Below, piece after piece: positions 1-13,500 of a stretch of 64,000 nucleotides of DNA; the first letter of the stretch is position 1, and each line of letters opens with the position of its first letter. A model generated the notes under the pieces. That model was not told the origin of the DNA, ran no database searches, and saw nothing but the letters and a program-made list of their open reading frames with translations. Source of the DNA: Antedon mediterranea (lineage: Eukaryota > Animalia > Echinodermata); assembly GCF_964355755.1 (NCBI RefSeq), contig NC_092670.1, forward strand, positions 26,708,795 through 26,772,794, written 5' to 3'. The translations under genes were made by a program, and so were the position numbers.

Positions 1-1397
1 ACGGGACCCACATCATGTTCAAATTTGTTGGTATGATGACGTTATCAAAATAAACTTGACGATGACAATTTCGAAAGATAATGAATTGAGCAAAAAAATA
101 TAAGGTTTGGAAGAAAATTTGGCATGTAGATTCGCAATGCGCGCTGTTTAAAATTGTTATAAATGTGACAAAAGAGATGAAAAAACTACTTTTTAAATTT
201 AGCTGGCCATATCATAACGTCACAAAATCTGATACTAGGCTTCATTTTTATGTGAATTCATATCTAAACTTCAACAGCTGTCACAATGAATTAATAGTCT
301 AGACAAAAAATCTGAAAAAAAATGAGTTAGGGGGACTGGAATGTTAGAGGCTGTCAACATTCAGACATGGAATCCACTAGGCCTTGTTGACACTTCAGTT
401 TTTGTCTAGTATTGAAATGGTGGCCATTTAAAAAAAAATGGATGGAAATGTATTTAAAGCCTGCGTTATTTTAATTTTCCTTTTATTTGTCTCATCATAT
501 AGACAAGAAAAACTATGCCAGACAGTACCGTGCATGTGTCAACCAGTATTAAGAGCAAATATTGGTTAAATGAGTGGAAGAGTTTGGGTTAAGTAACCAT
601 ATCTCTATAGTGGTGGGAGGGCGTACAACTCCTCCGGGAGAGAATTTTCAAAAGCCGGCGAGCAGTTTTAAAGTTACAGTAAACTAAAACTGCCTTTTCT
701 CGAGAACTACTTGTCCAAAAAACTTCATTTTTGTACAAGAGGCAAAAGTTAAAATTTGTGATTTGTAATTTTTCAAAATGGCCACCAATTTTATATAAAA
801 TGTGCTTAAAATCTAAATATGATAGATTCACTATCTTGGTGTCGAAACACATGTACTCGAGTTAAAAAATTGGGGGTCATCTTGCATTCTGAAGAGTAAT
901 TTTCATTTTAAAAAAGACCTTTTTTTTCGCCATTTTCAGAACTTTTGTGAAATTAATGTGCGCATTTTGTCATTTTTAACGTGCTCGTATAGCATTATTT
1001 TAAGTCGGAATGGACTCAAAATCAGTTAATGTACTAAGGATTGTGAGTAGAATGTGATTTATACATCAATTTTTATTTTTTACGCTTTCTAAGAATCGCA
1101 TGCGCAAAAGTTTTGGCGCTGTAATTTTGTGAAACACGCAAATAGCCTAATTCATGCTCTAACTTGATCAAAACTTAATTTTGAGCCTTTTAAATTTTCA
1201 TGGATGAGAGTGATCACGCTGAAAAGGATTGAGTTAAAGTATTTGAAAGATATTGTAAAATTTTGGTGTTCATAGACACTTTATTTTTTGAGATATTACA
1301 CAAAATAGTGTACAGAAACAATAAAAACTAAAATGAAGATTTCATCAATAACAACAGGTGATCATTTTATTCTAAATGATCACCTAAAAAACCTTAC

Positions 1398-1522
1398 TTG
1401 CAAATAATCTTGCATATTCTACACAATATTACTGCATTGTTTGACAACAAGGCTTTGTAGACAATGGCAAACGATGGTACACAAACAAAAGGCATGTAAT
1501 AGTTGCGAAACATCACAGAAAT
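1398..1522 (-). CDS. CENPI: CENP-I exon 13 (ISVMFRNYYMPFVCVPSFAIVYKALLSNNAVILCRICKIIC)
   Basis: ttgtag acceptor, GTAAGG donor; further exons expected left of the window. Confidence 0.88.
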
Positions 1523-4500
1523 CTACAACAAAAATAATAAAAACTGTGACATGAGAAAGTAAATGTCCAATCAATTTACCATTCATAATGTATATACTTT
1601 AAGGTGCAAAGTAACAGTAGAAATTCCAATCAATGGTTCTATTGCATGGCCATCTTTAAATATTAATTATAATTTTGTTAATAATGGTGAATAATGTGTG
1701 TGATCGAAGGTGAACAAAGCGTATGTGTTCATAGAAGCGGAAAATGTTATTCCTTCATTCCTAGCAATCAGCGAACAACCATCCCACTAAGCACTTTTTA
1801 AAATGGAGATGCTCTCAAAAAATTTCATCAAATTTTTGTTTTATTCAGTTCATAATAATTACTTTCATCTAAATTAAGGTATTTTTTTAATTTGTTGAAT
1901 GCTGCATGGTTATTCTGAAAAACATCAAAAAAATGCCATTTGTAGGGATAGTTCAAATTACAAAATTTTTTCCCTATTCATTTGCTTCTAAATTGAAAAA
2001 AAAAAAAAAAAAAAGTTCCAGAAATATTATACGTATATGTTTTCAGATTCTTCGGAAGCCGAATTTTTCATTCCCGATGTGTTTTTAAGGGCTTGACCAA
2101 TTCATTTTTGCGTAATTAATGTAATTAAAAAAACTATTTTTTACTTTCTAGGGAGTCAATCAATTTGCGCATGTGCAACCTTTCGGCTTTTTTTACTCTC
2201 TCGCGATTCTCGATCCTCCTCGCGCTCGACTCGATCGATCTCCTCGACTCGATAAACTAGGATATAAAATACATACGAATAATAAGTCTAAGATTAAGAT
2301 TGTTTTGCGTGGTTATTTGAAAATATAGACGGATCAGACTGCAATGTTTAATCATGGAGGTATAAATTACCTCCACGCCTAGACCAGAAAGAAATGGTTA
2401 TGCGTTTGAACCAGAACCTAGGCCTATACAATCATCACAAACTGCTGACGGCAAAGATGTAAATCAGACTAGGCCTAGGCCCCAGCAACAGAGCGACGAA
2501 TGGAGATTAACCTCACTTGATTGATATCTCTATGTGTCTTGTTATGGCACTTATATACCATACAGTGCTTCATTTTGAAGCTAAGAGAAGACGCAAAAAG
2601 TAATAACAAAAGGCAAGACAATAATAAATTGTGTTCGTTCGATCAGATGTGGATGGACATCTATTATTATGAGCAGGGAGACGAAAATGATACGTGTGTA
2701 GTTAGCGCGTCTCGTCATCAGCTCGAGCGATCTGAGAGATGAGGAGATGTGATGTAACATAACACGGTAACGTGACCTTTACAACTAAGGTTATTACCTA
2801 ACTGCTGAAAAAAATATACAGTAAGTTTTCGATATTTTTTTAAATTTTTTTATTTTTCTGATTTCTTAGAAACTGCTTATTTTGATATGATTTTTTATGT
2901 TTGTACCTACTAATATTAATATACTGAAGTAAATAACAGGAAAAGCACTGAGTACACCTCCACTTTAACCTCCCCAAATCAGTTTTTATGGTACGGTAGT
3001 GAAATGTTCCTTATTGTAAGCACAACCATGGAGTAAAGCACAACATTAAAACATTATATAATTTTCAATTCAAATTTAATTTGTCACTTTGACAAATTAG
3101 AGGTGATCTTTGATTTAAAAGATAATTTTATAGACATTCAATAAATGTTAATGTATGAAAATTTGATGTATGCCATCCTATGACCTGAAGCATAACAGTG
3201 CTTACGTACTTAGGTGTATATTATTTGTTAGAGTATATATATATATATACAGTGAGTGAATGACGGTTAAGACACTGGAACTGTAATCCAGCCATAACAT
3301 CGGCAAGCGTTCGAGGCTCACTCACTCCATGGTTCTAGTGGTAGAACAAGTCTTCTCGGATAAGAACTATAAACCGTAGGTGCAGTGTACACGCATTGCT
3401 CATGTGCATTTTAAAGAACCTAGTACATCTTTCAAGACAAGTTCACACTTAGCCATTATTATTGTGGACAGAGGAGAGGGTGCCGTAAGTGGCCGCAGGA
3501 CATGACGAGAAGAAGCATGTTAAAGTAATTCTAAGATATTATTTGCTCGCTTATTGGTATACTAATAATGAAATGTAAATTGTTTTAATTATTATGCTAG
3601 GCAATAATTAATAATTATTTAAATATATGTTTCATATTCTGATATGCTATGTACTGTAATGCGCTTATTGAAAAGGCGCTATATAAATGTATTATTATTA
3701 TCTAGTCTACAGCGCCTTGAGCACTTTAGTTGATATGTGCGCTTTACAAATCTTATATATTATCATTATTATTATTATAGGACTCACAAATATTCAAATT
3801 TTTTGGTATGACATCAAAATAAAACATGACATTTCCAGAAGATAATTGTATCAGCAAAAACATGTGGAAAAGTGGACACGAAAGAGATAAAGAACCTACT
3901 TGTTTAATTATGCAGGCCATATTAGGTCAAAACAAGTATAATTTTTAAATAATTTCATGTCTACAATTTCATATATTATAAACATGAAGGCCACCTTTAA
4001 TTCTGAAGAGCTGTAGGATATTTAAATATACGGTCTTACACATGCTGAAAGATAATTGTTTGGGCAATGACATATCAAAAGAAAAAATCTGTTGAATGTG
4101 ATTGTCTATGACAATACTAATTTTAAAATTCAGGTGGACAAATGATGAATTCATATCTACAACTCTTGGCTTCCATAATAAGTTTTAAAAATGAAATTTA
4201 AAGAAATTAAATATATAAGAACAAAAACTTGCGTGATGTGTGAAAAAAAAAGAAAACAAATTTTTAAACGCTCAAAATGTCCTGAACAATGCTCTAATTT
4301 GATTAGAAAGTGCTTTTGACCATTTTAAAACTTGAATGAGTGATTGCAAAATCCTACATACACGTATGTTTATTTGATATTGTGAATGTTGAGTGAGTAC
4401 GCTGAAAAGCTTACCATGGCTAAATTTAATATGATAAAGATATTTTAATAAAGCTTTTGTAAAATAGCAGATCTTTTAAGATCACCTAATTAGAATTTTA

Positions 4501-7500
4501 ATGTGGTATGCGGTATAATGTGGTTTTCAAAAGTAATCTTGACATTTTGAGATGACGGCAATTATGTGAGGTTTGGGCATGCATAGAATAAAAGTAGTCT
4601 GGGCTTAGTGTGAATTGCAATAACTCAGCAACTCAAGAAATATTCTACGCATTTAAATCATGAAAATTGATTGTTTGTACATTACCAGTCAGTGGTACTT
4701 ACCAGGTCATAAAATGATAGCACATGATAGAGTAGTAGTGAATTTTCATTTTCTTGTTGTAGGCCTACACAACAAATCTTATCTACAAATGAAACCAGTT
4801 GTTGTATAGTGTCAACTGCAAGTTCACGATCTAGCAACTCCTCAAACATCAAATCACTTTTAGAAAAAAATAAATAATGAAAATAAACTACAGTAGTAGC
4901 AGCAGCAGTATTAATTACCAGTTAAAACACAAAACCGTTATTACATATCAACTTAATGCCGACAAAAATTATTGTGTAAAACAAATTGAGTCACATGTTG
5001 ACAGATGTTATATAGCTTATTGATCCCCATAAAAAGCAAATCAGTAAAAGCATGTTTTAAAGCATACCAATTTGTTTTATCCGCAGCATCTCCATCATCA
5101 CCTGTTTTCTCTTTTCTATGAACTCTGTGCTTTGGTAATTCTACTTCCAAATAATGCCTCAGTAGCTCTGTCAAGCTGTAAATTAGCTGACATTTGAAAT
5201 AAACAGATGAACAAAAGAATAGCTTGCGTAGGGGCTCAAGAACAAGGTCGTTCAACTCTACAAAAAGTCAAATTAATGAGAAAAAAATGATGTACAACTT
5301 TTTAAAAAAAGAATGCATCATGCAAAATGTTGATTTTTTTTATTTCATGTATGTTGCCTTATATAAAGAATTAGAATAAGACAATGTTACTTACTTTGAA
5401 AAGGATGTATTCTAAATCTAGTAATAAGTTGTAAAATATATGGTCGATAGTCCAAACCATTCCATACATACAGATACTTGACTAAAAAGCTCTCAGATAC
5501 TGGAATATCCTCCTGTCAATCAAACAGTTAAAATAAAATTAGTTAAGCAATAAGTATTTGCTTTAAATACGAAAAACAAATCATTATATGCTGGACTGTA
5601 ACTTCAAAACATGTACAAGTACACGGGTACATCCTGGGTTGACTTGACGCTGAATACATTCTGCATTAGCGACAGAGTAATTTATGTTGTTTACACCGGT
5701 TTGATTGCCGCTGCTCGCTTATTGACGTAACAGTTTTAAAGATATATTGTCCCCCTGAAAAATATTTTTAATTTCAAATTTGTTTTTGAATGTGTCATTT
5801 TATTGTCACATAATAGTTATTCACATTAAAGCTTGGTTCCCACTAGAACGTAACGCAAGGACGTTAACGCAACGCAAGCGTTTTAACCAATGACAAGCGA
5901 AGTTATAGACAGTTAGCAATCACAAGCGAATAAGCCATCGCTTGTGATTGGTCAATTCACTTGCGTTGCGTCGCTAGTGGGAACCACGCTTAACCAAACA
6001 ATTATTTACCTGAAATAAATGTAATATAAAGCAAAAAATACTTAAATTGTCGGTCAGACAATGGTTTTTGGGTTATAATTAAACGTTTCTTTTCTGTTTT
6101 TATACATGAATTATTGAATAAATGTTAGTTTTTTGTTACAGAAGTGAATAATTTTTGTATTTGAAGTAAAATACAACAAGAATTCACACTTTGATATGTC
6201 ATAATTGTGCAATTTAAATTGAAAAATAAAAAATACTGAATCTGTAAAAGATGTGCTTATTATTAATAATTTAAATAAAAATGATGTCTAAATAATATTA
6301 TTTTATTATACTTATATAGTTTATTTTATTGCTAAGGTCAAGTCTGGGGGGTCACTTCATCAAGCCTAGATGCTTCAAGTGTCAAAAAATTGTATCCTAT
6401 TACAACAAAAAACTTTACTATTACTGTATATGGACTGTTTTGATAATAATTCAATGATTATCTGACAGCGCATTACAGTATTATATATATCAGTCTAGAT
6501 TGACAGTAAAATAAATACCAGAAATAATGTTTTGATTATTTAACAGTGAATTATTATAATACTGGCCTATGTTGACAGCAAGAACAAAGTCATTATTTAT
6601 TGAACAAGATTTTACAGATTACTGTCTACATCTATAATACTGTATTATCAGCAATTTTTTTCATAGACTCTCTTCTACCAGACGTGCATTGGGTTTGTAG
6701 TTTTAGCATGACCCATCCTAGTTTACAAAGTACCAAAAATATCAGCCTCTAGAACTATAACTGCTGCTTGCTTTAGCTTTTGAATGAGTAGTCCTCTTGG
6801 GACGTATCTGGCTAAAGCAGCAGAGTGAAAACATGTAAACAATTAAAAATCAGTACAACAGACTCGAGTTAAAAGGATATCCCAAAAAGTAGAACACTTA
6901 TTTCCATTGGGGTCCAGAAACACAGAGAAACAAATTGCAGATTCCTTATACTAAAAAGAGAATAGATTAAAATTTAAAATCCAAAATGTAAAATACGAAT
7001 ATTTAAAAGATTTAAAATTTGTATAAAATGATTTAAAAAAATCAAAAAATACAATAATTTTAGAGACTGTTTAAAATAAGTTATGTTCGACGACGATTTC
7101 GTGATATAAATAGGAAGATTGTTCCATGCTTTAATAGCGTTAAAATAAAACATTTTGCTAGCACATCCTTTCATTATTGGGATACGGAAGTTACACATAG
7201 TGATACTTCTGGTCACCCTCTCATGAAAATCCCTGATAAGTGTAAAATGCTCATTTAGGTACAATGGAGCAGTGTCATTAAAAATCTTAAAAACATAGCA
7301 TAAACTTTAAAAATTAACCCTCTTTACCACATTTAAAAGTCTTAATTCATGAAGTTCTGAATGACCAACATGAGATCTAACATTAGATTGATTAATAAAC
7401 CTAACTATTTTATTATGAGATGTTAGAAGGCTATTTTTAGAGGCTGTGATACATTGTAAAACCATGCTGGGGCAGCGTAGTCGAAGAGCGGTTGGAGTAA

Positions 7501-10500
7501 AGCGGAACATAGCGGTTTTCTACTAAACTTATCTAGATTTTTATTTTGCCTGTACTAAAATTTAAGGCGGCTATTTATTTTGTTAAATATAGAATTGCCT
7601 ATTATTAAACACAATTTATTAAAACTCAAACTAACATTACAAAAAGTATTAAGATCACTTGTTGATTACAGATCTTATTTCACAAACTTGTTTTCAATTT
7701 CAATATATAGGTTGATGCGTAAAAGATTGTGCAATATTCTAAACTTCTTGCATCAAATTGAAAAGGACCACATAAGCCTGTTTCCCAGAAGGCAAATTTG
7801 TTGCCGGGAATTGAAAGCGCCAAACATATCTGTTTGTGGTTCTGCACCAACTTATCTATGTGATTTAATTGTATGTCCCAACAGGAAACGGTCTTTGCCT
7901 TTTGACCAAGCATCATTGGTTTGGAACCAGCTTTCACTTCACATCCGTCAGTGGTAATCTTAAGGCAATTCAAGTCACTAAAAAAAATCTTTTGGTGCTG
8001 TGACACATCATTGAACAGCACTTTATAATACTTATTATCATAACAATATAGTGTCTTCTATTTACAGTACATTTTTACCTGTAAAAATTCTGTGAAATTA
8101 ATAAGTAATTGTAGAAGATGTTCCGCCCTTGGATTGTTTCCTGCATCATCACAGTCAAGAAGTTCTGAAAAATCAAAGTTAGAACACAAATAAGTTTCAT
8201 TTTGGTCTATCACATGGAAAAAGATCAATCTAAAGTTGAAAAAAAAAAAAAAAAAATTAAGTAGAAAGAAAATGTCGCATTTCTATAAACTAAACAGATT
8301 TCTTTATCTGCATGATAAATGTGATCTTAATTGAATTGAAGTTACTGTATTACTATTAGTAGATAAAACAAAATAAAACACAACATCCATTGGTCAGTCC
8401 GATATTTATGAATTAGACAATCCGCGCGTTTTTTATGAAAAAACTAAAAAAATCGTCAAAAAAAAGAAGTCTTTTTTAAAACAGTCATAGTTTCTAAAGT
8501 AAACCGTGAAATTTATTTTTATTACAAATTCTAGAAGTTGATGAGTTATAGATATCGGATCATGCATCAATATGGCTAACCAGATATTGTGACGTAATCG
8601 TATAGCCACCCGAATATAAAATATAGGATTTTTGTATCTTTCGTCATAGCTTATCACATTTAATAGAGTGCATCTCCACTTATACGTTTTCCATTTTCAC
8701 CCCGATATTGATATTACCAAATCAACTGACACCTTTCTAACTGATGTGGGCATCCCACATATATCTGACCACTCAGCCGTACATTGTAAGTTACAGTTAA
8801 ATAAACCGCCGCCAACTAAAAAAATAGTTTCTAGTCGTAACTACAAGAATCTCTGTGCTGACTCTGTTGTCAGCGAGTTACTACCACTAAAACACTGACT
8901 GTATCTCTTCCATGTGACATTGATGATGCTATATGTATGTACAACTCTACATTGCGTTCAATCACTGATAAACTTGCTCCAACTAAGTCACGTCTGGTGA
9001 CTATTCGACCGCAAACTCCATGGTATACTGATGAGATACGAAAACAGAAAAAAGTAAGAAGGCAGCTGGAGAGGAAATGGCGTAAGACAGGTCTCGAAAC
9101 TGATTGGCATGCTTACACACATCAACTCCAATGTGTATCATCACATATTCATACTGCAAAGTTGGAATATCACTCAGCGCTAGTAAATAATGCTGTAGGC
9201 GACCAGAAGCAATTATTCAAAATTGTAAACATGTTACTGTATAGAGGAAATAAGACACCCTTACCTACCTGTAAATCAACCAGTATTCTTGCTGAACGTT
9301 TCTCAGAGTTTTTTAATGAAAAGATCACTAAAATTCGATCAGGATTTCCTCCATCTGTTCTCCAAGATGCGCATACATTTAGTACAAGGGCTCCTTTAAG
9401 CTGTCAACTGTCTATTCTTGAACCAACCACAGATGAGGAGATCGAGAAATTTATCAAGGCATCCCTGATAAAGTCTTGTGAGCTAGATCCCATTCCAACT
9501 TGGCTTTTAAGGGATTGCGCTCCTATAATAGTTCCAGTGCTAATGAAATTAGTTAATCTTTCACTTATCACATCCACAGTACCGCAGAATTTAAAGAAAG
9601 CACATGTACGGCCTTTGCAGAAGAAGACTGGCCTCAACCCAGAAGTTCTTAAAAATTATAGACCGGTTTCAAATTTATCCTTTGTTTCGAAGATTATTGA
9701 GCGTGTTGTTGCAGTTAGACTCTCTAAGCATGTCAAATCACAACCTCCATGAAACTTACCAATCAGCATACAAAGCTAACCACAGTGTGGAGACAGCGCT
9801 TCTACGTGTTCAGAATGACGATTTGACATCAATAGATAATCAAGAACTTGTTATTCTAGTTTTACTAGACTTATCGGCTGCGTTTGACACAGTAGATCAC
9901 TCACTGCTTCTTCATAGATTGTCACATGATATAGGGGTAAGAGATCAAGCATTGTCTTGGTTTACATCATATCATATCTAATGAACAGAACCCAGGCCGT
10001 CTGCATTGGTGATGTTTCATCAGATGACCTTCCTCTATTATGTGGCGTCCCACAAGATTCGGTGCTTGGACCACAGCTGTTTTCCATCTATGTTGCACCA
10101 GTTGCTGAAATAATACGAAGACACGGATTATGTCATCATTTCTATGCAGATGATATACAAATCTACGTTTCTGTCAAGCCTTGCCAGACCAAGTTTCTGT
10201 CTGCCGTAAAACGGTTAGAAGCATGCACTGCTGAGATTAGAAAATGGATGGGCTCCAACTTCCTCAAGCTAAATGATAAAAAGACCGAGGTGATCCTATT
10301 TGGTTCTGTTCAGCAGAGAAAAAAGATCCGGTTTGATGGCCTACATATTGGTGGCGTGCTAGTCAATCCATCAACTGAAGTTCGTAACCTTGGTGTACAA
10401 CTTGATTGTAAAATGACCATGGAATCACATATCAACAAAATCTGCCGATCTGCTATTTTCCATTTATGTAACATCGCCAAGATCAGACGTTACTTGAACC

Positions 10501-13500
10501 ATTGTGCAACAGAGCAGATTGTACATGCTTTTGTTACCAGTCGGCTTGATATGGGAAATTCCCTGCTGTATGGTCTGCCAAAGAAGCAGTTGCGGACTCT
10601 CCAGAAGGTGCAAAATTGGGCAGCTCGCTTGGTGATGTGTGCCAAGAAGTATGATCACGTCACACCATTGTTCAAAGAGTTAAATTGGCTACCCATGGAG
10701 TCACGTGTTAAGATCCTGCTGCTGGTGTTCCGATGACTAAATAGTTGCGCTCCAAAATATCTCTCAGAATTGTTGACAGTCAAGAAGGGAAAGCGAGAAC
10801 TAAGATCTAGTCATCAGGTGCTACTGGACATTCCAAGGAGCAAACATAGTTGGGGAGATCGGACTTTCAGTGTTGGTGGACCTAGGCTCTGGAACCACCT
10901 ACCCTTGAACATTAAACACACATCATTATTGAGTCACTTTAAGTCACTACTCAAAACTCACCTTTTCTGATTTTTTCTACAGCGCCATGAGCAATGAATG
11001 TTGGAATGGCGCTATATAAATCGAACGATTGATTGATTGATATTCGTTTTGACGTCATCAAGGCCAGTTGAATAAAAAAACTCATATTTTCATCTTTTGC
11101 GTCATAGTTCATCATATTTAAAAGAGCGCGCATCTATATTTTACGTATTCAAATTTCTTCTACATGTTAATATGTTGTTGCTGAGATAATTTCCTTTCGA
11201 AATTGCTATCTTCGTCTTTCATTTTGATACCTTCACCATGTTAAAAATTGGAATAAATGGCGGGTCCCGTAATTTCACCTATTCTACACTGTATGTAATA
11301 TGTATACAGATTATACTGTGTATACTGTATATACTGTAGTATATGACACAAAATAGACAGAATTCAGCATTAACAACATGTCATATTCTTCATTTCAGGT
11401 CATAATGCCATAATCTTTTTCTGTCTGCAATATTTCAACGCATGACGTACACATGGCGTTTGTCGTGCGGATAACCCGAACTCGTCAAAGTGACGAGTTC
11501 AAATGTAGTTGGTTATCCGCATATTTATTTTTATTGCAGCTATATCTCAAATGTTTGTAGAAATAACTTTGTATAACTTTGTCATAAGATTGACCTGTAG
11601 CTGTTACAGCTCCTGAGGATGGTCAGCGACCCTATTATTTATTTAATATATTATGGAAGCTGATAAGTTGTAGATATCAATTCATGTAAAATTTGTACCT
11701 ACCGGTTGTTTTGAAGTCACCATATGGCCATTCGATTTTTTGTTAATAGAATTTTTTTCACTTTTGTACTAGTTAATACCATTTAATATAGCGCATCGCG
11801 CTAATGCATTCCCCATGTTCTTTATCAATCAATTCTCTTTCACATAAGTTACAAATTGTTTAGTTTTATTTTGTCATCATATAAAAATATTAGAATAATA
11901 TGAGTTACTTAATTTCATCTTTACAGTATATTTTAATCTGTTATATCTGAATCGGATATGAAAAGTGACCCACGCAATTAAAAGTTATTGGAAGTTGTTG
12001 AATTGTAGATATGAATTCATATACAAATTTTGTCTATCTGATGGTCATGACGTCATCATATGGTCAGTTGAATTCAAAATGTTAGATTTTGATCTCTTTT
12101 GTAAAAGCTCATCTCGTTTAAAAGAAAGCCCGTCTCACTTTTACGTGCCCAAAATTCTTTAAATTTTCATTAATGTAATTACTGTATTTAGATAATTATC
12201 TTCTAAATATAGTTATCTTTATATGTCAATTTGATGACGTCATCGTGTTAATAATTGGATTTAAAAGGGTCTCGTAATTTCATTTATGCTACACTGTATA
12301 TAACATATACAGAGTATTCAGTAAATACTGTTATGCTTTATGACACAAAATAGGTACAATTATTTCAACACTGTAAACATATTTAGTTCATATAATGCAT
12401 GTGGTGCATGTTGTATTTGCGCAGATAACCCAAACTTGTCAAAGTGTTCCTGTATTATTAGTTATCCGCTACAAGCAGTCTTGTTTCTTTTTAAGCTATC
12501 ACTCTCTGTAGAGCGATAGCCTATTGTTATTGTCAAAAATTTCATTTTTTTAGCTCAATTTTTGTGTCACACAGATCTCATAAACAGCAATAGCAGTTAT
12601 GTTGTAACTTGGACAGCAGATACACGTATATATGTAGTTGTGCAACATACTTTGGTTTAATGAAAATATGATCGCGTAGCGTAACTACGCGCGATTCTCC
12701 GAAATTCTTAAATTAAATAATTATAAACTAAAAACTTACAGCCTTTTTCAAAACTGAAACTTGGACAAACGTATGCTTCATGTCAAGGGTCATCTTCCTG
12801 TACCATCAGCAAAATTTTGAACATTTGTATTTTCGCGCATACGCACTCTTTCAAAGTTAAAACTGCTCAAAATCAATTTCTAATCAACTTTCTACACGTT
12901 TCAGGACATTTCAAGAATTTCACATTTTCCACAAAATTTTGCGTCGCGTCGCGCACGCGCTTTTGCGTACTTAGCTTGTAAGGCACAAAATAGACAGAAT
13001 TTAGCACCGACATATTAAAAGTGATGAGTTCAAATCTAGTTTAAATTGATATTCTATTTAATAATTCAAGAAATAATGATTTATTATCAATTTTATTTGT
13101 TTAATAATCAGTAAGGCCTAGTAAACATTTAGTGCAAGATATAGTACAGCTGCCAACGTGCTTTGGGGTTTGAGCATGCCCAGTCCGAGTTTCCAAATAG
13201 CCATAGTAAACAATAAGCGCTTGATTACTGTTTCCTATTGACTCCGTTCTCTAGAATAAAGGAGCGGCACAAACATTGCTTGTGTTTAAGAATACGAAAA
13301 GTTAAAGAAGGTTGTCTATACAGAAAAGGGTGTCAATTATGGAATACCTTCATGTAATGTTTGATAAAGCCAGAAACTAAGTCTCTGGATAATGTCCTCA
13401 TCTTTTGTACAGGATAGGGCATGCTGTAACAATGGAGACTGCAACACTGCTCCAACTCGACTGGGTAACTGTGAAGAAAGTAATAGGAACATTTAAAATG

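Noticed and set aside
3251-3330. tRNA gene
   Set aside because: Cloverleaf and A box are degenerate and it continues into a SINE body.
6730-6815. Candidate extra CENP-I exon (acceptor-like ctttag plus open frame)
   Set aside because: It is part of a dispersed repeat also found inverted at about 33540-33610, and exons 9 and 10 already join in phase.
7580-8021. Overlapping 125-aa and 113-aa ORFs
   Set aside because: No recognisable motifs or splice support; adjacent to a decayed LINE.
11605-11635. CTGAGGA as a possible hammerhead core
   Set aside because: No downstream GAAA core or closing helix.
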